NCBI GenBank assembly: GCA_038087875.1
Contig: CM075985.1
Location: 24,056,001 to 24,120,000, forward strand
Direction: 5' to 3'
Origin: Malacoraja senta
Taxonomy: Eukaryota
Length of the DNA stretch: 64,000 bases
Under the pieces are notes generated by a model. It was given only the letters and a program-made list of their open reading frames with translations. It ran no database searches and was not told the origin of the DNA. The stretch's first letter is position 1; every line of letters starts with the position of its first letter. Positions 23,370-35,239 of this stretch are shown here, piece by piece. Position numbers and translations under genes: made by a program.

Positions 23370-26300
23370 GTAAATTGCATTGAATAACATGCAATAGGCT
23401 GTTAACCTTGGGTTCCCTTTGCACTAGTTTGGCTTACTTTCCTCATAATTTTATTTTTGTAAGCTTGCTTGCCATACTATACTTCAGCACTATCTGATAA
23501 TCTATCAATTCTGTCTCTGTTATAGCTTGCTGAAATAATATTGATAATTCATCATCAATAATTAAACCTTCATTTGGGTTCTCACTGAGATATATTCTTA
23601 TTTTAGTGAGTTGTAGAGATTTTCAGATTCATAGTTTGAAAGATCTTTGGTATTTATATAATTATGAGTGGTTGTTCCTATTCAGGATCCTGACCTAAGT
23701 GAAATGACAAGTGTGTCTCCTCCGTATACCAAGCAGCATATTTTGTTATAATTCTGAAATAAAAATAGAATATGCAGGAAATGCTCAGTGCATCAGGCAT
23801 TTTCTGTGGTAAAAGAATAGAGTGAATGTTTCATGTCGAAACATTGTCGACCTGAAAGTTTAATTCTTGTTTTGTTTTCCACGGATGCTGATCATTTCCA
23901 GATTTTTTTTTTTAAATTCCAGATTTTCAACATCTGCGGTGCATTTTGTTACAATTCTCTTTATGAATTTTAAGACATGTTTATATTATTAGGTGTTGTC
24001 AAATCTGTTTTGGACTGCCAGTGTTTAAAGCATTAATGATATTGTTTAATTAATATCTTAGCCAAAGCACACATGAGACATGAGGACCTGTTTGGCTGAC
24101 TGTAGGATACATCTCACAAATTAAAGTGAGAAAATATCTTGTGCAGATATTAATAGTATATTAAGACCACTAAACAGAACTAAACTACTCGTGGGCTTGT
24201 CCACTAGAGAACATCTTATTTATTAGGACATTGTTTACACACCTGACCTCAAATGATTGATTGTCCCTTCCAGATTCCTCTCTAAATCTGGAAGATAGTT
24301 TTGCAATAGTAACCATAAACCTAGTAGAACTATTTGTTTTGTAAGTGACGCCAAAATCTCTGCTGTGCTGTCATCTCCTGTCTCTCCCCATTCCTAACCT
24401 ACGGATAATTTGTCCCAGTGTAGTTATCACATGTATAAGGATAATTCAAACATTTGAATATGAGGTCTTTGAATAAAATCTTATTTGGCAGGTTAAAAAA
24501 AAAACTCTGACATGTTAGATTTTAGTCTGATGGATTCCCACTAACTTTGCTTACATGAGAAAGAAAGCTAGTGGGGATTCTTCATGGAGCTGGTCCATGT
24601 TACATTTATAATGATTTGAAGCTTGTTATAGAGATTCAGAGCTAACATTTCAAAATCCCTGTGAATAACATATAGACAGGTCAACAATCTGGATACAGAT
24701 GGTGAAGACCTATCAGAACATTAAACCCACTAAACAATGCCAAACTACTTGTCGCTTGTTCAATTGGGACCACCCTAATCATTATCTCAAATATGAGAGG
24801 AGTGTTGCAACTCAGCATAAAAATAACCGCCACACTCTGAGTAAGGCAACAAAGAAAAATAAAAGTCAAGAATAATAAATGTGTACATGATGCATCAAAA
24901 TTCACCTTCCAGTGTTCGAGATCACAATTAATTGTGTCTAAATTAATTTGACAATTATCATACCTAGTGGTCTGATCAGGCCTGTGCTTTATAAACTCTC
25001 AACATAATTTTCTGGGGTTTCATACTCTCTTCTGTTTGTTTTTCATTGCTGCTCTCTATTACTTAAAACATTGAGAATGACAAAAATACTGCAACTTTCA
25101 TGCCCTTGATTATCTTTTGCTAATCCTTTAACCTTCATGGTATATCTTTATCACTTTTTGTTTTGCACAGCATGTAATGATTTATTAATATTAAATGTAA
25201 TTTGTCATTTGATTCTCTATTAGCATAACTAATCCTAATCTATTTTAAAACCGTTTCCTGAATCATCTAGCCTATCTCATTTTGGTATCTTCAAATTTAA
25301 TATATTTATAATCTGTTATTTGCCTTCGCATTTAGTAAAGAAATAAAAGTGTTTCAAACAGAGATCCTTGTGGTACTCTGCTGCAGATTGCCTTCTTGAT
25401 ATGCACATCCCATGAGAGTGCCTGTATTTTGACCCATCCACAATTCTAGAACCCATACACTTGATTCATAATATCTCTTAGTGAATGTTATGGAAAATGT
25501 TCTGAATAAGTAAAACAAATGATTTTCACGAGCTGAGCGATATTTTTCTCAAAATATTTGACAAAATAATCCCACAATTAGTTCATGTTTTTGATCATAG
25601 ATACTGCCCCCCCCACATGCATTTTGCATTATTTTATCTGCCGGACATGTTTGGTAAAGGACCTAAAGTCAATTGAGATAAATACTTTGTTACCTTTTAA
25701 AAGAAAAATCCTGAATTTTCATTCTTTAAAATCTCCCAGCACTAGTGATACTTTTATAATAACATTAATATCCTGCAGCACTCGGGGAAAATGACGTACT
25801 TTTATCTTAAACTGTACTTTTTAATCCAAGTAAGCTTTGTACATGTTGCTTGTCTTCTAGTTTAGATGCCCTATTCATACATTTTATGTATTCTTGTCCA
25901 GTATATTTAATATTTTAAACATTTTCAATTTCCTACATTTGATTTATTTCTGAGCAGAACAATGGATTTGAATTTTAATTTCATTGTAGCTTGCCTTAGT
26001 GAAACAGTATTTCCATTCCAATCCTCAACGATATTGGTTGCTAGAATATTATAACAACTCACTGCTGTACAGGATACTTTGCAACTCAGGGTTTGATCTT
26101 TTATTGTGCTGCTCTGCTTGAATTTAATGGCATTATTGTGGTAGAATTTTTTTTTCCTAGTTCAACTGTGACTCATTGAAATGTTACATTGAATGTGGGA
26201 TGTATACGAAGACAAGTAAATCCGGGGTCTCAGGCCTTGCTGTGTGCCATGATGATTTTCAGTACAAGTTTTCCATGTGCTTTTTCTCAAATTGGATGTA

Positions 26301-26464
26301 CAGTAATCTCAGCTGGGCTTGAAAGGCCTGCTCACAAAGGACTTCAGTGGACAAAAATGTCACTAATAGCTTCTTGTAAATCACATCAATTTTTTATACG
26401 CATTCTTGCCTAAGCTGCCACGGGGTTCAATTTTCACCTTGCCTAATTTTACGTTCCTATTTAG

Positions 26465-26593
26465 CAGGCAGAATGGAGTGAGCCTTCCATTACTCTTCGG
26501 CCTCCAAATGAAGCCACGTCATCAACGCCGGTGCAGTACTGGCAGCATCATCCCGAGAAGCTGATCTTTCAGTCCTGTGATTATGAGGCATAT
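26465..26593 (+). CDS. ANKS1B: ANKS1B coding exon (start of PTB domain)
   Basis: tttag|CAG GCA...GCATAT|gtaagt. 129 nt. [43 protein letters not shown]. The tandem TAGCAG acceptor means the exon could instead start at 26468. Confidence 0.95.
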
Positions 26594-26743
26594 GTAAGTA
26601 TTAGATGGGAAATAAAGCAGGCTAGCATGCTGCAGTAATTTACATGCATTGGCTTCTCATGTTTTGATGGGTTCCATCTTAAAGATCAAACATCACAAGG
26701 TAGCAATTGTTGTGAATGATAGAATACTACTAACACAACAGGT

Positions 26744-27229
26744 ACACACAATGCTGGAGTAACTCAGTGGGTGAGGCAGCATCTCAGGTGAGAAGGAATG
26801 GGCAACGTTTCGGATCGAGACCCTTCAGACTGATGTCGGGGAGGGGGCGGGACAAAGATGGAATGTAGGCGGAGACAGTAAGACTAGTGGGAGAACTGGG
26901 ATGGGGAAGGGGATAGAGAATGAGAGAAGGCAAGGGCTATCTGAAGTTAACTTCAGATTTTAATTTTGATTTTCTGAATGTAACCAGATAGCCCTTGCCT
27001 TCTCTCTCTATCCCCTTTCCGCAGCCCAGTTCTCCCACTAGTCTTACTGTCTCTCCCTCAATTCAATCTTTGTCCCGCCCCCTCCCCATGACATCAGTCT
27101 GAAGAAGGGTCTCGACCCGAAACGTCGCCCATTCCTTCTCTCCTGAGATGCTGCCTCACCTGATGAGTTACTCCAGCATTTTGTGTCTACCTTTGATTAA
27201 AACCAGCATCTGTAGTTCTTTCTTACACA
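26744..27229. mobile_element. Long fold-back Penelope element
   Basis: ~200-bp inverted arms (~26742-26945 and ~26985-27191). 12-bp TSD aacacaacaggt at 26732-26743 and 27230-27241. Confidence 0.9.
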
Positions 27230-27611
27230 AACACAACAGGTCTGCACTCCACTTTAATCAATAATGTCAATTTATTTATTTCTGTTCTTAGCTCATATTT
27301 TACAATGCACACCTTTCATGCTTGCTTTAATCCATAATTACCTATTTATGCAAATACCAATTAATGCTATACCACTTTCCTAAATCCTTGCATGGTATAT
27401 GTGTATTTTCTTCATTCCAATTTAATTCATTCATTAATCTACTGTATGAGAATGACATCAGCATGCCAACTTTTTTTTCTTAAGTTAACTTGACGGATAC
27501 TTATAGATAATTTTGATTGCAGAACAAATTTTGGACTATTGTATATGGAAGTGGTTATTGCATATTTTAAGAGCATTATTGCACAGGAAAAAAGAACTTG
27601 CTTGTTTTTAG

Positions 27612-27683
27612 TACTTAGGTTCCATGTTGGTGAAGGAATTACGAGGAACAGAATCAACACAAGATGCATGTTCTAAGATGAGG
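27612..27683 (+). CDS. ANKS1B: ANKS1B coding exon (PTB)
   Basis: tttttag|TAC...ATGAGG|gtatgt. 72 nt. [24 protein letters not shown]. Confidence 0.96.
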
Positions 27684-28334
27684 GTATGTTGCCTACTGTG
27701 TAATGTTCAATGTGATAACGTGCCAGTGCCAAATTGTGTTGTGGAAGTGAGATAATCATGGGCATTTGCTCAGCAGCCGTGCTTTCTTGTGATGGCACGT
27801 CATGGTACAATGTTCTGACACCTCAAAACAGTTATAAACTAGATTTTGAAATTATCATTTTAATTTTGTTTTAGTTATTACTTTAATAAATTCAAAGTTT
27901 ATTGGGCACAGAATAGAAACAAAATTGATGGAAAAAAATTGTTGACTAATGTTAATTTGCAATTGATATGCATATCAGCAACACTTATCAACAAAAAAAC
28001 ACTGCTAATCGGCAATCCCTTCGAAAAAAATATTGGAATCGATAGGAAACTTACCAGGTATAGAAAAAATGTAAATAGCCTCAACAAACAATGATTTTTG
28101 CTGCACTAGCGATTAACTCCATAATGATGTGGTTACAGATCAAGATGCTTACAATCTATATAACAAATTCCTCAACCCAAACTTACTGCTTTGTGCTTTC
28201 TGTTCAATGAAGTCAAGACTAGAACATAACCAGATGGGCATTCCATCTGGACACACGTACTATGTTGAATCATTCAGTCATCACAATGATGTCCACTCAA
28301 AGATTATGTTTAATGGGAGAAGGGAAAAATAGAC

Positions 28335-28413
28335 ATATGAAACTGCAGATGTTGGAATCTGAGGTAAACACAAAGTGCTAGAGGCACTCTGGATCTGGCA
28401 ACATCTGTGAGGG

Positions 28414-28444
<31 letters not shown>

Positions 28445-29240
28445 TTTATTTATGGGCACCTTTCAAAAGTCTCAAGGACACCTTACAAAGTTTAACAAAG
28501 TGTAGAAACATGTAAGCGGAATGAAATAAATAGTAAAGACATCACGAGTACAGAAATTAAAGCCAGAATTCAATCCAAAAACAAAAATCCAAAAACACAA
28601 TATGGAAGAGAGAACAGCGGTTGCTAAAGCGCGCCAGCGTCCACTCTCCCCTCCGGCACGGAAGTGGACGGAAGTCTCGTGGGGCAGGACCATTCTTCAG
28701 ATTGACAGGATTAGTCGGGAGAAAACTAGAAAAGAAAGGTGGTTATGGGACAAAACCTGGCAAGTGATAGGTGGATACAGGTCAGAGGGGGTGGGGGTTT
28801 GATTGGCAAAGGATGGGATAAGTGACAGAGGCTGACAGCGAAAAGGAGACCTTGTTTTAGATAAGGAAGAAGAGGAGAGGTGAAATGTAAAGCTGGAGGG
28901 AGGGTTTTGAGTGGAAGAAGACAAGATAAATTGGAAAGAAAGGGTATAAAAGGGAAATAGGCAACCTGGAGGGTAGGGATTGGGATAGAACTAGGGTGAC
29001 TGTGGTGGGGGCGGTGGGTTTGTTGGGAGATGGTGGGAGAAGTGGGTGCACCGGATATAATTTGAAGTTAAAGAATTTAATGTTCATACTGTTGGGTTGC
29101 ATGCTACTCAATTGGAATATGAGATGATGTGGGTAGCCTCACTCTGGCAATGGAGAAGGCCCAGGACAGAAAGGTTGGTTTGGGGATAGGAAGGGGAGTT
29201 GAAATGGTTGGCTGCCAAGAGATCCAGTAGGCCTTGGCTG
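28335..29240 (-). mobile_element. Penelope 3' fragment interrupted by a LINE (probably L2) tail with (ATT)n at ~28414-28660
   Basis: Reverse strand shows GIY-YIG end remnants (SSMQPNSMNIKF) then a pLTR-type tail. The nested segment ends in (aat)n on +. Confidence 0.65.
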
Positions 29241-29509
29241 ACATGTTTTCTGAAGAAAAAGGACATCTGGAATATGAATAACTACTTGCCTTTTTGACGT
29301 GTTTACATCTCTTGCATGTCAATCATGAGAAAAAATGATTTCATTTTTTGGTGGCACTGGTGCCTGAGTGTAGAATACAAAATTATTGGTACCTGCTCAG
29401 ACTGAAAAGAAGCTCTAGCTTCACTGTGCAGTTTATCATTTAACTTTCAGATAGCAATAGCCAAGAAGAAAGTGGCATATTTTACACTCTAATTCATAAG
29501 CATATACAG

Positions 29510-29900
29510 GCCCAGTGCTGTCAAACGCTCATATGTTAACCCAATCATTCCTGGGATCAATATTCGTAAACCTACTAAGGACCCTCTCCAGCATCAGCAC
29601 CTACTTCCTCAGATATGGGGCCCAAAGTTGCTCACAATACGCCAAATGCGGTCTGACCAGTGCCTTATAAAGCCTCAGCATTACATCCATGTTTTTCTAT
29701 TCTAGTCCTCTCAAAATAAATGCAAGCATTGTATTTGTCGTCTTTACTACCGATTCGACTTGTTAATTTGCTTTTTGGGAATCCTGCACCAGCACTTCCC
29801 AGTCCTTTTGCACCTCCAATTTCTGAATTTTCTCCCCATTTAGAAAATAATCTACGCCTTTATTCCTACTACCAAAAATACATGACTCCACTCTTTGCTA
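29510..29900 (-). mobile_element. CR1 LINE fragment
   Basis: Homologous to 43820-43980 (cccagtgctgtcaaacgctcat...ttcctcagatatggggccc). Confidence 0.75.
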
Positions 29901-31152
29901 CGTGATTAAAATTTGATTTGATTAAAATATGCCATGAGTGTTCGTAAAAATGGGATCATCCTACCAGGATAAAAATATTAGTAATGATGTGTGAGGAAGT
30001 TACAGAAAGACTAAGAATTCAGTTGCAATGTTCACTTAACAAATTGGTTGGGCATCTCTGTGTAATATTTTGCTGAGACCAACATTGTAAATTTCAGCAC
30101 ACTATTTCCTACCGATATACAATAAGTTCTTAACATGAAGCACAGCAACTTGATCTTGGCAGGCAACCCTTAAAGAGATGTACCACAATGCAAGCCACAT
30201 TATTCCAGTTACTGACGAGTGTTATTGCGAATAAACTGATGTTACAATATTGCTACAGAGATACGAGAGAAATCCATAATGCTCTAGGCAGGAAACTGCA
30301 GGAAAATCTTTAAGGCATAAGTGCAGTTGCTGGATGGCTTGCACTTAGCAGCAAATACCAGTGTCACACTCCCTGCTCCTATGGGCAGGTGGAAAAGAAG
30401 ATGGTTTCCTTTCCTTGAAGATAGAATTTGGGTGACTTCAAGCAGCAGTGAGCCGCAAGCCATAAGATGTGGCAAAAATCCACAAATGCAATCTTAAATA
30501 ATGCTGAGCCTAGAAATCTGAAAGTCGCCATAACCCGACATACGGGGGCACACGAGCACGGTAGCAGGTGAAACAGATTTCAGTAGGGACCTAGTTTGAG
30601 TGTTGCCCTCTGTTGTTCTTTGAGTAAATAAGAGCCATACTTTCTCAGATGAATGAGCTTGAAAATCTCAATGTAGACACATTTTGCCGGTTGCACTGCA
30701 ATTTATGTTGTTTGGGCAAATTGGACGCAAGACAAAACAGGCCAGGGAAAATGACAATCCTGTTAGAAAATGAGGAGACTACTTTCCAAATTGATACTAA
30801 ATCATCGAGAAATGTGTGCAAAATTATTATTCTCGAGTAAATCCAATTTTTCGATACTCTTTTTATTTGGAAATGGATAATTTTAACCCTAAATGTCAGG
30901 CTTTATCTTCCTTGAAGAAAATTGTAGTTCACAATTGCACCCTTCACTTTGTTGGTTGAATAACTGGTACTGATATTTCAAAAGTAGAAATCTGTATCTA
31001 GCAAGTAGTAAATAATGAACTTGTTTCAAGAATCAAAAAATGGTGTCTCAAAATTGAAAGGAGTTACAGTAATGTTCATGCAATTTATTGACAATATTTC
31101 ATGGTCAAAGTTATGACTTTTGGAAAAAGTAAGTTACTATCCTGCTTTCCAG

Positions 31153-31236
31153 GCTTCAGAACAAATGAAAAAGATTCCAACAATCATACTTTCAATTTCG
31201 TACAAAGGAGTAAAATTCATTGATGCGACAAATAAG
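31153..31236 (+). CDS. ANKS1B: ANKS1B coding exon (PTB)
   Basis: ctttccag|GCT...AATAAG|gtaagt. 84 nt. [28 protein letters not shown]. Confidence 0.95.
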
Positions 31237-32436
31237 GTAAGTGCGAAATGCAGCTGGCCACTGGATCAGTTACAATTAATTTGGTGAAACTGATATTGCT
31301 TTTTAATAAACCATTGCTACGTGGGGAACAATGGAAGTTGGAGAGATTCTGGGCATATTTAAGGCCAAGTTTATGTCTAATTGAGATTGGTCGAATGGAA
31401 GTCTTCCAGCTCTCAACTTCCAAAGTTTACAAGTAAGCAGAATATCAGATTGGTAGTGCACAGGTCTACACTATGGAACTGTGTTTGCTAACTTGGCTCC
31501 TAGTTTCAAGAAAGGGAGAGACGGTCAATATAATTATACTTCAAAATGTGAAAAAGATGTTAATAAATGAGCGAAAATGTATTGTGACAAAAAGCTTTTT
31601 TGCAAGCGAATTTACAACGGTGAGAAAAGTGAAGGAGACTATAAGTGCAACATCCAAGAACATAAAATGTGAAACCAAAAAGCATTCACCCTGCCTATAC
31701 CATTTCAGACACCAGTTACCACCAGCTATTTCATGGATATTGCCTAACTCTTAATCTTCTGTGGACAGGATCTTTAAAGATACATAAAGAAGATAAATTA
31801 AGCCTCACTAGGATTATCAATCTAACCTTTCCTTCTATATCATTCACCCTTCACCAGTTTCTTTGCTTGCATCAAGCAACATCCATGTCTACCAGATATG
31901 TCCATACCAGTTTCTTCTGCTTTTATATAAAAGTCTAAGTTGCCATTTCATGGTAAAGTAATTCCACTAGACCATTTCAAAATTAGATCACTTTGCTGTG
32001 GATATATTTTGCACTGATCCGTGTAATCTTACATTGATATCGGCAGTTTATTCTTATTTTTATAGTTACATAACGTTATACATTCCTTAAATGTCGTATT
32101 TTTCATCTGCTCACCAAAGTTAATGCACAGAGTATTTTGAAGTATGATACAATGCTGGTATCATAGTAAGTACCATTGCAAATAACTGTTATGAAGCATT
32201 TTGATTGGCAAGAGATTAAACGGCAGGCGTGTGCTGCTTTAAATTGTCTTCCATTGCTGTTTTTTTTAAATGGTTCAAGGATCTTTTATAGCACAATGGT
32301 CACATGGCCATCAGGTGGGGTCAGGTGATCAGTCATCTCAGACCTAGCCACATTACTCCTGGCTCACTGTTCTTTACTGGATGGCCATTGCAACAAGGCC
32401 TGATGTTTGACTGAAATCGGAGAAAAGGGGCAGTAC

Positions 32437-32828
32437 AGCCACTGTCCCACTTAGGAGACCTAAACAGCAACCTCTGGTGACCTTGCCCGCCACCCAAGGT
32501 TTCCATGAGGTCACCGGACGTTTTGGTCACTCTCCCTAATGGTCGAAAGTGGTTTCCGCGTGGTCGAGGCTTCATCTAGGTTGCTGCTATTTTTTTCATC
32601 ATGTTTAAAACCGGTCTCGACTAAAAATAGGTTGCCGTTCTAAAAATCGATAATTTTTTAGTCGCAGGTCTAGTCGAAACCGGTTTTCTTCATAGTCGAG
32701 GAAGATTTTCAACATATGCGTGGGAGGTGGTAGGAGGTTGCAGGTCACCTCCACCGTGATTTTTTTCTTCGGGTGGCGGGCAAGGTCACCAGAGGTTGCT
32801 GTTTAGGTCTCCTAAGTGGGACGGGCTT
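32437..32828. mobile_element. PIF/Harbinger-type MITE with long TIRs
   Basis: ~55-bp near-perfect inverted ends gtcccacttaggagacctaaacagcaacctctggtgaccttgcccgccaccc. Terminus related to AGGGCCTGTCCCAC; the left tip is degraded. Confidence 0.8.
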
Positions 32829-32862
32829 TAATTTACCTGATTGTAATGGGAACAAAGAAACA

Positions 32863-32992
32863 CTGAAGAGGGGTCGTGACCTGAAACATCACCTATCCAC
32901 ATTCTCCAGCGATGCTGCCTGGCCTGCTGAGTTACTCCAGAACTTTGTGTCTTTTTTTTGTAAACCAGCAATGGCAGTTCCATGTTTCTACA
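32863..32992 (+). mobile_element. Penelope terminal arm
   Basis: ctgaagaggggtcgtgacctgaaacatc...gatgctgcctggcctgctgagttactccag. Confidence 0.75.
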
Positions 32993-33585
32993 AAAAAGAG
33001 TATTTTAAAAGGTCCAGAGTATTTTTTATCAAAAAAAAATTCCATGAATGGTAAAATGTGGAGCATACTGCGGAACCCACACTAGAATTTCATGCATCGA
33101 TGAAACCGACAAATCTGTGCAGATTTCTGCAAAGTATCGTATTACAACACACTCTTTGAATTCTCTCAGTCGTTAGCAATCATTAAAACTATTGTAGCAT
33201 AATAAGCGATACAATCACTAATTGATGAGCCAGAGGAAAGGCTTCTGATCTACAACCAAGTTACTCTCACGTTGAAATATTGTTTGAAAATGGCTGCAAG
33301 TCATTTGACGCTCAAAGCCCCAGAAAACTAAATGTCTCAGGACCGTGGCAGATTCCAGAGAATTGACGTGTGGCAGCTGAGTATCAGCTATAGGTTATCA
33401 TCTCATAAAATCTGGTCTCTGTCTATTTATAACTGAAGCCAGCAGTCTTCGTTATAATGTGCCGTCACATTTCAGCCTGAAATATTTGGTTTCGGATTGA
33501 AATATTTGGTTTCATGGAGACCAGATTTCACTGATGGTTAGCTTCTGGGTGTGTAGAGAAGTGATGCCGAACTGCAGTGAACATA

Positions 33586-35239
33586 CAGTGCCCTCCATAA
33601 TGTTTGGGACAAAGATCCATCATTTATTTATATCCCTCTGTACTCCACAATTTAATATTTGTAATAGAAGAAATCTCACTTAGTTAAACTGCACATTGTC
33701 AGATTTTATTAAAGGCCATTTTAATACATTTTGGTTTCACCATGTAGAAATTACAGCTGTGTTTATGCATAGTCCCCCCCCCCCCCCCCCCCCCCCCCCA
33801 ATTTCAGGGCACCATAATGTTTGGGACACATGGCTTCACAGGCGTTTGTAATTGCTCAGGTGTGTTTAATTGCCTCCTTAATGCAGGTACAAGAGAGCTC
33901 TCGGCACCTAGTCTTTCCTCCAGTCTTTCCATCATCTTTGGAAACTTTTATTGCTGTTTATCAACATGAGGACCAAAGTTGTGCCAATGAAAGTCAAAGA
34001 AGCCATTATGAGATTGAGAAACAATAATAAAACTGTTAGAGACATCAGCCAAACCTTAGGCTTACCAAAATCAACTGTTTGGAACATCACTAAGAAGAAA
34101 GAGAGCACTGGTGAGCTTACTAATCGCAAAGTGACTGGCAGGCCAAGGAAGACCTCTACAGCTGATGACAGAAGAATTCTCTCTATTTATTAAGACACAT
34201 TCCCAAACACCTGTCCAACAGATCAGAAACACTCTTCAGGAGTCAGCTGTGGATTTGTCAATGACCAATGTCCGCAGAGACTTCATGAACAGAAATACCG
34301 AGGCTACACTGCAAGATGCAAACCACTGGTTAGCCACAAAAATAAGATGGCCAGGTTACAGTTTGCCAAGAAATACTTAAAAGAACAACCACAGTTCTGG
34401 AAAAAGGTCTTGTGGACAGATGAGACGAATATTGACTTATATCAGAGTGATGGCAAGAGCAAAGTATGGAGGAGAGAAGGAACTGCCCAAGATCCAAAGC
34501 ATACCACCTTATCTGCGAAACAAGGTGCTGGGGGTGTTATGGCCTGGGCATGTATGGCTGCTGAAGGTACTGGCTCACTTATCTTCATTGATGATACAAC
34601 TGCTGATGGTAGTAGCATAACAAATTCTGAAGTGTATAGACACATCCTATCTGCTCAAGTTCAAACAAATGCCTCAAATCTCATTGGCCAACGATTCATT
34701 CTACAGCAAGACAATGATCCCAAACATACTGCTAAAGCACCAAAGGAGTTTTTCAAAGCTAGAAAATGGTCAATTCTTGAGTGGATAAGTCAATCACCAG
34801 ATCTGAACCCAATTGAGCATGCCTTTTATATACTGAAGAGAAAACTGAAGGGGACTAGTCCCCAAAACAAGCATAAGCTAAAGATGGCTGCAATACAGGG
34901 CTGGCAGAGCATCACCAGAGAAGACACCCAGCAACTGGTGATGCCCATGAATCACAGACTTCAAGCAGTCATTGCATGCAAAGGATATGCAACAAAATAC
35001 TAAACATGACTACTTTCATTTACATGACATGGGGGGACTATGTATAAACACTGTATAAACACTGCTATAATTTCTTCATGGTGAAACCAAAATGTATAAA
35101 AATGGCCTTTAATAAAATCTGACAATGTGCACTTTAACCACATGTGATTTTTTTTTTCTATTACAAATCTCAAATTGTGGAGTACAAAGGCAAATAAATA
35201 AATGATGGGTCTTTGTCCCAAACATTATGGAGGGCACTG
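33586..35239 (+). mobile_element. Tc1-family DNA transposon, near full length (1654 bp)
   Basis: TA|cagtgccctccataatgtttgggacaaaga...tctttgtcccaaacattatggagggcactg|TA. ~200-bp TIRs. Inner direct repeat at ~33805-33830. Confidence 0.97.
33966..35003 (+). pseudogene. Tc1 transposase, frameshifted
   Basis: Paired-like HTH, GRPRKT, VLWTDE, QQDNDPKH and SPDLNPIE motifs (D34E spacing counted). Frameshifts near ~34186 and ~34278 split it over three ORFs. Confidence 0.95.
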
